A stretch of DNA of 64,000 bases from Octopus vulgaris. Its lineage: Eukaryota. Where the stretch lies: NCBI GenBank assembly GCA_951406725.2, contig OX597821.1, positions 84,382,001 through 84,446,000 on the forward strand, given 5' to 3'. Each line of letters begins with the position of its first letter. The stretch's first letter is position 1. Shown here one piece after another: positions 51,583 to 63,569 of the stretch. The notes beneath the pieces are model-generated. The model worked only from the letters and a program-made list of their open reading frames with translations. It searched no databases and had not been told where the DNA came from. The position numbers were made by a program, and so were the translations under genes.

Positions 51583-52052
51583 GTCACTCATCTAATAAAG
51601 GATAGGGAAAAGTTGTAAAATCGCCCGTGGGATAAGAAATTTGTACCTTAAGAATATGAAAAGCTTCGCTAAAATATTGGCGAACACTCTGTAGAACACA
51701 CACACACACCAGCGCCGCTCCGCATTCACATATCTAAAATTGGTTAGAACGAAACCCAAAACAGTCAACTGTCAAATTGTATGTAGCACAAGAGTTTTTA
51801 GGGAAGGCTGTGGGAAGAGGGGTCTGTATATTTAAGGAAGAGGGCTTACGTTACATCATTTGGCACTCGCGCGCCGTTTGTGTGTATGTGTGTATGGATG
51901 GAACTTCCTTATTTTCATTTCAAGATATTGAGCTTTTTTATCTATTCCCCCTCCCGCCAATGTCCAGAAGCATCATTATTCATCTTTGAGATGCTATCGA
52001 AAACGAACAGTTGGAAAGCATTTCCCGTTACGTTGGAACAACGTAACGTAGA

Positions 52053-52057
<5 letters not shown>

Positions 52058-52101
<44 letters not shown>
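52058..52101. repeat. (GA)n microsatellite
   Basis: Directly visible. Confidence 0.95.
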
Positions 52102-52106
<5 letters not shown>

Positions 52107-52833
52107 GAAGCTGTTTTTCCAGTCTGTAGATATGTTTGTTAGAGCAAGGTTGGCTGGAGAGAGAGAAAGACTAAGATCAGGATGTTGACCTCTATGGAAA
52201 CGGCAACAATGGAACTGAGTCAGCCGGGTTATAATAACAAAGGCGATTTAGTAAAATCCGAAAGATACCTATTCTTGGATTTTACCGAGGAGAGAGAGAG
52301 TGAGGAAGAGATAGACAGACTGATATTTAGAATAAAGAAAATATCCGAGTGACTAAATGATTTAAATGTCTTTAATCGACGTAAATTAACTGAACGTCAA
52401 AGATTCCAGACGATTCAACCTAGAATATAAATATTATAAAACACAAGTTTTGACATAACATATTGGGTGATGTGTGAGGTAGATCTGATCGAAAATGACA
52501 GGGGTCGGGGAACAGGGTTTTTTTGTTTTTTTTTCTAAGGGTGTATTAATGTTCCCAGCTTATTTCCATAAAGAACGACAAAACTGTTTAGGTTGGTTGG
52601 TATCTATATTTACATAGTTAAAAAAAAAGAGAGAAAGAAGAAAGAAAAAACGAATAAGAAAAATTAATCACTACTTATACTAGAACTACCCTAAACTAGT
52701 AGCAAAACGTGATAGGACTGTCATGATGCTAATCCCAACATAACATCTACTTGCAATAATACTTGAAGAATTATTTTTCTTTTCTTTTTAGTACGTAAGA
52801 AAATGTATGAACAAAAACGCATGCATCGTAGGA

Positions 52834-53062
52834 TATTCTTTCAGAACAATATATATATATATATATATAAGTGTATACACAAACATACATACACACAAAT
52901 ATATATATAGACACATATTCTTTCAGAACAATATATATATATAAGTGTATACACAAACATACATACACACAAATATATAGACACATATTCTTTCAGAACA
53001 ATATATATATATAAGTGCATACAGAAACATACATACACACAAATATATATATATAGACACAC
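52834..53062. repeat. Three tandem ~70-80-bp units
   Basis: TATTCTTTCAGAACA(AT)nAAGTG(T/C)ATACA(C/G)AAACATACATACACACAAA(TA)nGACACA three times. Confidence 0.85.
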
Positions 53063-53347
53063 ACATATACACAAGCTGTTTCACCTGTCAGCTGCACGCT
53101 ATCGCCGCCGCCGCCGTCACCGCCCTCCAAGGTGCGAGGACAACGTTCCTCTTACGCTATGTCAGTGAAGGCGACCTTCAACTGACTAACAACACAACAC
53201 TGACAACCGTTCTCTTAACTTCGACGACAGCTCGCAGACAATTTCTTTCTTCTTCCTCTCTTTCTCAGACACCCTTAGAAAGGCCCTTGCTCCGCTTCTT
53301 GTTAACGTTTTAAGATAATTTCAACGTAGAAATTCCTCCTCACTCAC

Positions 53348-53415
53348 CCATCAGAGTGAAACCAGCATTTGTTGACAAGAAGTTCGAGAGAAAGGACAAT
53401 ATTGCTGTTATTCAT
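53348..53415 (-). CDS. Candidate upstream coding exon of the LRRC41-like gene (MNNSNIVLSLELLVNKCWFHSDG)
   Basis: ATG at 53415, 22 codons plus 2 nt, then a strong GG|gtgagt donor. Phase 2 matches the 8485 exon. No transcript evidence. Confidence 0.4.
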
Positions 53416-54127
53416 CTTACCCTTCTCTCTCTCTCCATATATTTATATAAATAAACTGCCAACCTGACCCTCCTAAGCTTTTTATCTCCAAAGACGTGAC
53501 ACTTCAGACAGATGTTAACCGTTTCAGGAATCTCAGGTCCCTCGGTACTGTTTTGTTGTCGTTTATTTGCCATTGTTCATTGTTCAAGCCACATATCGCA
53601 AATATCGTCCCTGGCTAACCACCACCCCCAACACTATTACCACTGCCAGAGCTATTCAGGAATGAGAAAACTTTGAAAATAATGACACAAACCCGGTAGC
53701 CATTTCTTCACATCTTGCTTCGTCACTTTGTCTCTTTTAGTAAGAGGAAAAATTTAAGAACCATAAAAAGTTTACGAGCTGGAGAGATTTTTCACTTTAA
53801 ATATAATTTACGAATCGACTGGGAAAGTTTCTATTTTATTTCATTATTAAAAATAAATGTATGTATTTCTTTCTTCCTCTTCGACAAAATTTGAAGGTGA
53901 CAGTGATTAAAAAAAAACACAAGAAAGCAAAAATTAGAGAAATGACAACAAAATACTGAGAATAAAGTACTTATAAGATATAGTCAGTGGGAAAAAGGAA
54001 GGACGAGATTTAAATACCAACACATAAAGGGAATGTTTTATAAATTTAATCAGCTGTTGGACGAGAAACCTTAATTAAGGGTACAACAATTTTATATATA
54101 TATATATATACATGTGTGTGTGTGTGT

Positions 54128-54282
54128 GCCAAATTCCGCCGAGGTCGACTTTGCCTTTCATCCTTTCGGGGTCGATAAATAAAGTACCAATTTCGCACTG
54201 GGGTCGATGTAATCGACTTAATCCCTTTGTCTGTCCTTGTTTGTCCCCTCTATGTTTAGCCCCTTGTGGCTAGTAAAGAAAT
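54128..54282 (+). mobile_element. SINE family B, 5'-truncated
   Basis: Core and tail match. Confidence 0.85.
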
Positions 54283-54802
54283 ATATATATTTCACAATAC
54301 GAGGGTTTTCAATGAAGGTGGAGCAAGTAAATTTATTGAAACGAGGAGGAATAGGATGTTGTGGTGATAATGCCTTTCTCAAGGGTACTTAAGGACGTGG
54401 TATGTAAATGAAAGAGATTCGGTAGGATTTTATTTATATTTGTGAGGCGGGAGAGGAAATAATGGAGTCCAACAGCAAGTGTCATTGACATGTAAACAAA
54501 AGAAAACGTAGAGCTTAAAACTGACCCAATTGAGATGGTTGCCGGCTACATCCCAAACACGTGCACCGTCCTGGTCCCCGGCAACTGAAGAGCTTTATGT
54601 TAGTCGGAGATAAAAACTGGAAAGGACCTCCTCGTCTCATGTAAATAAGCTTTATAGAATAGTTTTAAGTAAATATCTTTCTGTTGGATTAACAAACGAT
54701 AATATGGTTGACGATAATATTTCAAATCAAACCTCCCTTCCATAGCCAACAATCACATCAGAATTACTGCTGCAAATTATACATGGGCTGTTAAATATAT
54801 AT

Positions 54803-54940
54803 ATTTCTTTACTGCCCACAAGGGGCTAAACATAGAGGGGACAAACAAGGACAGACAAAGGGATTAAGTCAATTACATTGACTCCAGTGCGACACTGGTA
54901 CTTAATTTATCGACCCCGAAAGGATGAAAGGCAAAGTCGA
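54803..54940 (-). mobile_element. SINE family B, 5'-truncated with TSD
   Basis: TGGGCTGTTA(A/T)ATATA on both sides. Confidence 0.85.
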
Positions 54941-55558
54941 TTGGGCTGTTATATATAAAGTCCAGCTGGATTCTGTCTGAAGCAGTTTAATTAATTAATT
55001 AATAATTAATTAACTATTTTTTTTTTAGGTTCAATATGAAATTAAAACATAAATACATGAAAAATTCCCGACAACGAGAAGAATATATAAACATTACACA
55101 GCAAGATAAATCATTATCTGCAGTTGCATATATTAAGTATCGAGTGTAAATAAACAACGGTGACTTTATGTAAAAGAGAAACAGGATAATTAGCCATTAA
55201 CTGGTTAAATTACAACATATAAAACAAAAATTTACAAACAGTCTGGTCGGGAAATTATAAATGAAAAGATGTGTATTAAAAGAAAAGGAAAACAGAGAGA
55301 GTAAGAAAGAGAGAATATCGGAGGATTCGGGGAGAGAAAATGAGATAAATAGAAGAGAAGCAGAAAACAGAGCAGAGCAGAGAAGATGACGGTCATTAGG
55401 TCAAAACAAGAGATTTCGCTTGAAATTAAACAATGGCTTTGGAAGTTGGAAACAAAACAGGTTCTGGAGTAAATGAGAAAAACCGAAGTTAGGCTTAAGT
55501 GTAATTTCTGCAGTGGTGGTAAGATAGAATTGTTGGCTGGGGCCATTGACTCACTCAC

Positions 55559-55590
55559 CTGAAAGCGCTGGATAGTTCCCAAGAGAAAGT
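55559..55590 (-). other. Candidate 5' UTR micro-exon or 3' end of a first exon
   Basis: ttttttttcttgcag acceptor-like site, 32 nt, then a consensus CAG|gtgagt donor, in unique CpG-richer DNA. Confidence 0.45.
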
Positions 55591-55669
55591 CTGCAAGAAA
55601 AAAAAAGCCAAGCAAACAACAACAGCAGCAGCAGCAGCAGGAGCAGCCCAAAAAAATAAATAAAAACTC

Positions 55670-55880
55670 AATGTGTTTGTCACGTGATCAGCTTGAGGGG
55701 AAAGCTGGATGAAAGAGGGAGGGAGGGAGGGAGAGCGAGTGAAGGAGGTAGCGTAGAGTTGGTTCTGGTAAGGAAAGTACGAAGGCACGGTGAGGTAATA
55801 ATTTCTCTTTCAATCTATGGAACGCCGCTAATGCGTTTTATGCATGTTATGACGTGAGCCGTGCATATATTATCGAGAGT
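55670..55880 (-). promoter_or_regulatory. Candidate promoter region
   Basis: Palindromic TCACGTGA E-box (55680-55687), TGACGTGA CRE-like site (~55850), GA-rich tract and retained CpGs just upstream of a strong donor. Confidence 0.35.
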
Positions 55881-56342
55881 GACGACTTTCTTTTTTTTTT
55901 CCCCCTTCTCATCATCCAAGGTTATACGCTAACAATTGGGAAACATAACAAAGAAAACACAAATAAATAGATGAATAAAATAAATGAAAACTCGGTTTGC
56001 TCCGATGATTTTTTTGTTTGTTTTTGTTTTTTTTATCTTCCTGCTTTCAGTTTATTTATGAGTCAGGAAGAAACAATGATTAGCTTTTGCTCAGAAGCAA
56101 GTAATTTACATTTATTTATTTAGTTAAACATTTATTTATTTATATTTTGGGTGGAGGACGAAATTGTTTGGATCAGATGTAGACATTTAGAAACTGTTTA
56201 AATGTAGTTATTTCTTAGTTGATGCCCAAATTGTAACAAGAGGCCAAGTTTGGAGGCGCTGCTTTCGTTTGAACAATCTTTCACCTCAAATATTAATAGA
56301 TCAAATAGAACAAACATTGACAAACAGTTCAACAAACTCTCT

Positions 56343-56551
56343 CTTTTTACTCTTTTGTTTGTTTCAGTCATTTTGACTGCGGCCATGCTGGAGCACCGCC
56401 TTTAGTCGAGCAAATCGACCCCGGGACTTATTCTTTGTAAGCCCAGTACTTATTCTATCGGTCTCTTTTGCCGAACCGCTAAGTAACGGGGACGTAAACA
56501 CACCTGCATCGGTTGTCAAGCAATGCTAGGGGGACAAACACAGACACACAA

Positions 56552-56613
<62 letters not shown>

Positions 56614-56779
56614 TTACGACAGGCTTCTTTCAGTTTCCGTCTACCAAATCCACTCACATGGCATTGGTCGGCTCGGGGCTATAGCAGAAGACACTTGCCC
56701 AAGATGCCACGCAGTGGGATTGAACCCGGAACCATGTGGTTGGTTAGCAAGCTACTTACCACACAGCCACTCCAGCGCC
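56343..56779 (-). mobile_element. SINE family A, young full-length copy
   Basis: Complete reverse copy with CpGs intact. Confidence 0.9.
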
Positions 56780-57004
56780 TAAACCATTAAATTATACATT
56801 AACAGTTCAGAAATTTATTCAAATAAACATTAATTTCAAACACTATAACAAGTAAAACAAAAAAGAAAGAAAAAAAATCGAATATTAATTTTCTACATAG
56901 GTACTTTTTTTCTTATTTATGCTCAATATTTTTATGTTACAAAAGGGGATATGACTAAATTGGTTGTCATGCAAGAAATCTGTCTGGCAATGGATGAATA
57001 TACC

Positions 57005-57388
57005 TGGTGCGGGCTGAACCGTGTGGTGAAAAAGCTTGCTTTCCAACCACGTGGTTTCATGTTCAGCACCATGCGCAGCACCATGGGCAAGCGTCTTCTA
57101 TTATAGCAGCCAGACCGACCAATGCCCTTCTGAGTGAATACGTTGGAGAGAAACTGTACAGAGGCCTGCCGAGTGTGTATGGGAGTCTATGTACCCCTGC
57201 CCCACCGCTTGGTAACGTAACCAGTGCTGGTTTATTTATGCCTCCTGATGTAGCGGTTCGGCAAAAGAGACCAAAGAATAAGTACCGTACTTAAAAAAAA
57301 AATCGTTCTTGAATCGATTTGTTCGACTAAAACCCGCCAATGCGGTGCTCCAGCATGGCCACAGTTCAATGACTGAAAGAGGTAAAAT
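57005..57388 (+). mobile_element. SINE family A, diverged
   Basis: Both halves recognisable. Confidence 0.65.
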
Positions 57389-57706
57389 ATAATGGTTAAA
57401 ATATAGTCGGCAGATGGCAGAGCCAGTACAGCATTGGACAAACTTTACTTCATGATGTTTGCTTAGATTCTTGAAGTGGCGTTGGATCATAAGCTGAGTG
57501 GTTGATACATATGCGATTAGATAGGCATTTAAAATAATTAGCGAAAGCATGGTACATCTTGCCAAGGAATACTCGCTCGCTCGCAAGTGACGGATAGCTG
57601 TACTGTAATACTATTTTGCTTATCCCTGTACGTTCTGGGTTCAAATCCTACCCGCGCGCGCGCGTGTGTGTACGTGCGTGCGCGTGTATGTGTGTGCTTG
57701 TGTGTG

Positions 57707-57990
57707 AAGGCGCGTAGCCTAGCGGTTAAGACGTCGCACTCACAACCGCAAGATCGCTGTTTCAAGTCCCAGACCGGCGGTGAGTTGTGTTCTTGAATGA
57801 AAGTTTTCACTTCACGTTGCTCCAGTCCACCCGGCTGTAAAAAGGTAATCCTGCGACTTTTAGGGGGAATGTTGGCCTGTTCGCTTAGCCAGTGGGGTCG
57901 CGTCATTCGAAAGCAACATTAATGCGAAAAAGCGCATTGTGACCAGCCGTACTTACATAACAACATCCAACCAGCTAATCGATGCACAGG
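57707..57990 (+). mobile_element. Family C SINE
   Basis: GGCGCGTAGCCTAGCGGTTAAG head and CACTTCACGTTGCTCCAGTCCAC core. Confidence 0.6.
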
Positions 57991-58039
57991 TATAATGATA
58001 TATATATATATATATATATAAATATATATATAAATATAT

Positions 58040-58228
58040 AGTGAGAATTTACAAAAAAACACAAAAGACGGGTGTGAAAACAACAAACAGATGTATTAGT
58101 TTAACGCTCGGGAAGTTAGAAAGTCTTTTACGTTTCGAGCCTACGCTCTTCGACAGAAAAGAAAACAGAAATAAACAGAGTGAGAAAATAGAAAAAGGTT
58201 TAGTGGCTAGCGCTCTATCATGGCGATA
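58040..58228 (-). mobile_element. Penelope-like terminal fragment between (TA)n and (TG)n
   Basis: UUUU-CUGUCGA-A-GAGC-GUAG-GCUC-GAAAC-GUA-AAAG at 58124-58162; same layout as 46840-47038. Confidence 0.55.
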
Positions 58229-58234
58229 TCTGTC

Positions 58235-58288
<54 letters not shown>

Positions 58289-58299
58289 ATATATATACA

Positions 58300-59036
58300 G
58301 GCGCAGGAGTGGCTGTGTGGTAAGTAGCTTGTTTACCAACCACATGGTTCCGGGTTCAGTCCCACTGCGTGGCACCTTGGGCAAGTATCTTCTACTATTG
58401 CCTTGGGCCGACCAAAGCCTTGTGAGTGGATTTGGTAGACGGAAACTGAAAAGAAGCCCGTCGTATATATGTATATATATATTATAAAATGAGATATGAA
58501 AATTCAACCCACCATGGGATAATATATATCCAATATACTGCTAGATAGGTACCCAACAAAATTAATACATAGATGTTAAAAATTGTGCAATCAGTTCATC
58601 TATTGTATTAAATGATTATATTTGAAATTTTTTACTTATATCTCTTTATCTTTTTACTATTACTTTATATCTCATTTCATTTTATATATTGCCTTTACTC
58701 ATATGTAATGGTGTATTAAAGTATGGATTAGTATCATCGGATAGTTGATGTTTTACTGATTTAAGTATGTTTCTCCATTCTCTAATTTTGTATGTATATA
58801 TATATATATATATGCGTGTGTGCGTTTGTGTGTCTGTGTTTGTCCTCCTAGCATTGCTTGACAACCGATGCTGGTGTGTTTATGTCCCCGTTACTTAGCG
58901 TTTCGGCAAAAGAGACCGATAGAATAAGTACTGGGCTTACAGAAGAATAAGTCCCGGGGTCGAGTTGCTCGATTAAAGGCGGTGCTCCAGCATGGCCGCA
59001 GTCAAATGACTGAAACAAGTAAAAGAGTAAAGAGTA
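58300..59036 (+). mobile_element. SINE family A split at its (TA)n by a ~310-bp AT-rich insert (58481-58790)
   Basis: Head at 58300-58480 and 3' half at 58791-59036. Confidence 0.85.

Positions 59037-59038
<2 letters not shown>

Positions 59039-59096
<58 letters not shown>
59039..59096. repeat. (ATGT)n microsatellite
   Basis: Directly visible. Confidence 0.95.
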
Positions 59097-59100
<4 letters not shown>

Positions 59101-59608
59101 TATATATACAAAGAAAGATAGACGGATTGATCCTGCCTATCTCAGGTTTACTTTCCTCGTACCAAAGTCGATAAAATAGGTACTGGTGTGACCTATAATA
59201 TCCTAGAACTGTAGTCTTCAAACTAAAATAATTTGGGGGAACCCCTGTAACATTTTATTAATGAGATCATGAAAAGGATTTTGCGTCCATATAATTCTTC
59301 GCCGTGGTATTGGATAAATTGAAAAGTTGGAAACTTCTTTAATTTTGTTATACATAATTCGTCTTACCCTCTTCAACCTTTACAGTCACCCTCCAAGGAG
59401 AAGCTGCACCAGTGTGTGCTGCCCGGGGTATCCCTTGAATCTGTGCCCTAACAGCTCCTCTCGACTCCTATACGGGCTTATACAGCAGACCCCAAAATGC
59501 CGCTCCCATAAAAGCTACACTGAGGCGCACCGTCTAAATCGGCTCGGATCAGCTACGCTACGGGCTAGACTATCCTCTATCTCTTATATGAGAAACATGT
59601 TTCTAAAA

Positions 59609-60175
59609 CAGTGATTCTCAAACTGGGGCCCGAAGTCCCCTAGGAGGCTGCGAAGGGACGCTGAAGTATCTTGAAAACAAGGTGGCTTGAGACAATTAAT
59701 TTTAAGATTTTCAAAAAAATCTTTAAAAAAATGTTAAGATTTTCAATTTTTCGCACGCTATCATCTTTTTTTTTGTCATTGGTCTCAAAAATCACGCCAC
59801 TCCTACATACTCATTTGCTAACCACGCTTGTTGTACAAGTGTGACTGGCCAATAGAAAATATGCGGGTATAATGATTGATCGTGCACGTGCTGTCGGTAT
59901 TTTTCGTTTCTCATTTGTTTTGTAACCAATTTATCAACTCATTCTTCATATTTTCATGTATATTTATTGTATCCCAATCTGGATTAAGTTGTGGTTTGCG
60001 GGTTTGCGGGTCTGTGAGCAGTGCGGTTCATAGTCCGGAAATTACGGTATACGAATGTATGCCATTTTTTTTTTCCATGTTGATTATCCAGCATTTTATA
60101 GGGGACCACGAATCATCGGAAAAAGCTGTTAGGGGACCGGCGCGTGAAATCTCTTGAAAAGTTTGTGAACCACTA
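59609..60175. mobile_element. hAT (Charlie-like) non-autonomous element
   Basis: CAGTGATTCTCAAACT ... AGTTTGTGAACCACTA TIRs; 8-bp TSD TTCTAAAA / TTCTAGAA. Confidence 0.8.
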
Positions 60176-60831
60176 TTCTAGAAGGTGATGCCTTTACGCA
60201 ACCATAGTCAAATAACTGAAAGCAGTAAGCGAACGAAAGAACCATGATTTTAACACGGTTTGAATTATTATTGCAGGCATGGTAGCATATGGAAGTTGTG
60301 ATTAAATCTATGATGGATTCAACCAATTTTGAATGGGAACAAAGAGTTTTGGCCTATGACTCAGCGTCAGAGCATTACGAAACAGTATCCTACTGTCTTC
60401 TGCAAGAATTTCAAAGGGAAAATAGGATTGATAAGGTTGCCAACTTTACGAACACCATACCTATGTAATTCTAACATCTTTTTAACTTGTTTTATCCTTT
60501 CCTTAATTTTTGCTACAGACGAATACTTTCTGACAACCCAGATTTTTTAAGTGAATTTATTGTCTTTCTGTATGAAACGATCGTATAGCCAAATGAATAA
60601 AAATAATTTCAATCCATATTAACATCTAATCTCCTCCATTTACGAAAGATATGATTGAATTTGTTGAACTTTGTTTTATAAGTTAAATCATATACTTAAT
60701 GTACTTATATAAATTTTTGTATCTATGTTAACCAGAAAATTTAAGTAAAATATGAAGAAACAATGTTAGAAATCTTTCGGAAACTACTCCATTGAATTCA
60801 CATTCAACCCTTTTAATATATATATATATAT

Positions 60832-61240
60832 GTGTTTGTGAAATTTTTGTATCTCTGCCGTAAGGCTTCATTTCCACACGCGCCAGCTTAATTCAATTCG
60901 TCCTTAGTCGAAAGACACCTGTTGTTATGTCTTATTATTTTTATTGTATTTTTTATTGTATTTATATTTGTGTAACATTGTCCGTTTTTTCCGTCCTTGT
61001 TTTTGTATACATTCGCTGCTTTCTTCCAAGGAATCTAATGCTCTTAGCTTAGTTTTTCCTTGGGGCTCGCCAGATTGGAGCAATCTCAAGAATAATCAGC
61101 CGAAATTGCGAGGATAATCTGGTTCTTGACTGAAGATAGAAAACTTCGAATGTTTTCTTTGTATCGTCTATCTGGATGTTTTGTTGTCTCTTTTTGTATC
61201 ACCTAACTGTCCGGATGTTTTGCGTTCTTGTCCCATTTTG

Positions 61241-61245
<5 letters not shown>
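60832..61245 (+). mobile_element. Microsatellite-embedded repeat, probably Penelope-like
   Basis: Diverged inverted relative at 63062-63518, sharing AATCAGCCGAAATT, TGACTGAAGAT, CTTCGAATG and AGACACCTG; both flanked by microsatellites. Confidence 0.5.
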
Positions 61246-61328
<83 letters not shown>

Positions 61329-61571
61329 GACAAGGTAGAAAATGCTAAAATAATTTTATCATGAAGAACATTTCAGTACCGTTTTCAGTCTTTGCGACTT
61401 TTTCATCTTAGAGTAAAGCATGAAAAGCAATTAAATTGTGGAAAAATTAAATGAAATGTTTTTTTTTTTTTAATATTTCCATAGTTATAAAAATGCAAGG
61501 GACATTTTCCTTTTTTTCTGTCTGTCTCTGTCGCTCTCTTTTACTCATATGACATCTTGGTAGCAGGTAGC

Positions 61572-61573
<2 letters not shown>

Positions 61574-61644
<71 letters not shown>

Positions 61645-61830
61645 CCTAATATGAGTTCTTGGTTTCGATTATTTAAGCAGCAGTAGTAGCTGAGAAAGGA
61701 GGCGGCGACGATGACGACGGCGACGAAGAAGAAGAAGAAGAAGAAGAAGAAGAAGAAGAAGAAGAAGAAGAAGAAGAAGAAGAAGAAGAAGAAGAAGAAG
61801 AAGAAGAAGAAGAAGAAGAAGAAGAAGAAG
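61574..61830. repeat. (AGT)n and (GAA)n microsatellites
   Basis: 61574-61644 and 61724-61830. Confidence 0.95.
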
Positions 61831-61902
61831 ATATATATATATCGTTTTTGTATTTGGTTTGCAAGATTCTTTATGTGAATACGTGTATTGAAGTATATTT
61901 TA

Positions 61903-62171
61903 TTGTGTCTGGGGAGAGACATTCTCTTTTAGTGCCTTATTACTTAACACACACACCTGTTCGATTTCCACTCATTTACTTATTTTACAAGGCTTATAAT
62001 AACTACTGTGCTGTCTTGCAGCTACTTCAATGGTCTTTGAAACGACTATTGAAGGGGTTGCATGACGCAACGAAAATTTTAGAATAAAATAAATAAGTAA
62101 ATAAGGGGAAATCGAACCGGTGAATGTGTTAAGTAACAAGGCACTAAAAGAGAATGACTCTCCCTAGACAA
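61903..62171. repeat. Fold-back structure with ~85-nt arms and an inner hairpin
   Basis: 61903-61986 is the imperfect reverse complement of 62085-62171; inner arms at 62017-62035 and 62044-62062. Confidence 0.8.
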
Positions 62172-62366
62172 CGTGTGTACCGTTGGCGATTTGTTTTCCT
62201 CTGTTTTCCCTTCTCTGGATCTTTTCTTCTCCTATGTTTCCGACGAAGAGCTCCGCTCGACACGTTAAACCCTCCTTCTTTCCTGAGCGTCCAATAATAC
62301 TATATTTGTTCCACGTCCTCGCGTTGTTGTGTTTTTTTTTTTGTGTTTTCTTGTTTGGATTAACTT

Positions 62367-62368
<2 letters not shown>
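62172..62368 (+). mobile_element. Second copy of the 46840-47038 Penelope-like fragment
   Basis: Near-identical in reverse; hammerhead GAAA is mutated to GACA; ends in (TA)n. Confidence 0.7.
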
Positions 62369-62406
<38 letters not shown>

Positions 62407-62412
<6 letters not shown>

Positions 62413-62995
62413 TATATTGAGGGTACTACTATTCGTAGATACCAACACGCTAAGAGGGACCAATGCGGTCAAAACTACTAAAGATTTTAGATTTTATCCT
62501 CAATTGTTAATTTATATTTTTCACCGGAATGGTTCAATACTGAATTTTTATTCCGAATAGACAATTTGGACCGAAATGCATTGCGAATAAGCCCGCCATT
62601 TTCATAGATATGTAAAGATAAACATTCGGACATGCTACGACGAATTCTACGGTTGGCTATCGAGCTTGTAATGTTATGTTTTTCTCTTATATTTCTTGAG
62701 TTTGTTGCACTGATGAACATAAAATGCATTTAAATGTGAAATCACATGTGATATGTAACTGAATTCTTTTTTAAAATGATGTGTTTTGAAGTTTTGCATT
62801 CGGTAAAATTTTGTTTATTTTTAGTAGTTTTGACCGCATTGGTCCCTCTTAGCGTGTTGGTATCTACGAATAGTAGTACCCTCAATATAATATAAATGAA
62901 TATTTTCAAAGAGGAAGAATTTACGGATTTTTTCTCTTACGAGGTTTTTCACGCTGACTACTGATAATTTCTTTTAAAGATTTTATCCTCAATTG

Positions 62996-63000
<5 letters not shown>
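62407..63000. mobile_element. (TA)n-embedded element with ~75-bp perfect inverted repeat and 23-bp direct repeat
   Basis: 62407-62482 is inverted at 62819-62894; AGATTTTATCCTCAATTGTTAAT at 62489 and 62978. Confidence 0.7.
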
Positions 63001-63061
<61 letters not shown>

Positions 63062-63064
<3 letters not shown>

Positions 63065-63516
63065 TGTATATAAAGAAACAAGAACGTGAAATACACAAAG
63101 GGACGAACACAAAAAACGGACGGGTCATTCGAAGCCTTTAATCTTCAGTCAGAAACCGGATCATCATAGCAAATTTCGGCTGATTAATTCTGATATTTGC
63201 TCCGACGCGGCCAGCCCCAATGAAAAACTAAGCTGTGAGCATTAGATTTCTTGGAAAATGGATCGAATGTAAACGCAACAAGGACAGAAAAACGGACAAA
63301 GCCGCACGATTATATATACAAAAAAGGAAATTAAAATAAAAACAAGAATGTTAATAACAGGATAACAGCAGGTGTCTTACGACTTCAGACAAATTGAGAC
63401 AAATTTAACTTATCTAGCAGGCGTGTTGGAAAAATTGCCTTTTCGGCAGAGGGGAACGATGTTGAACGGGCTGCGGTCACCAACGAAATGGCTTGTTATT
63501 CAGCAGGTCACATGAG

Positions 63517-63518
<2 letters not shown>
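63062..63518 (-). mobile_element. Microsatellite-embedded repeat related to 60832-61245
   Basis: Shared motifs in reverse orientation; (TA)n on both sides. Confidence 0.5.
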
Positions 63519-63564
<46 letters not shown>

Positions 63565-63569
63565 CATAT

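Noticed and set aside
55555-55788. 77-aa ORF as a coding first exon
   Set aside because: It is in frame with the 8485 exon but starts at GTG and is low complexity; kept only as a UTR candidate.
61545-61922. Poly-Phe, poly-Leu and poly-Ser ORFs
   Set aside because: (GAA)n and (AGT)n microsatellites.
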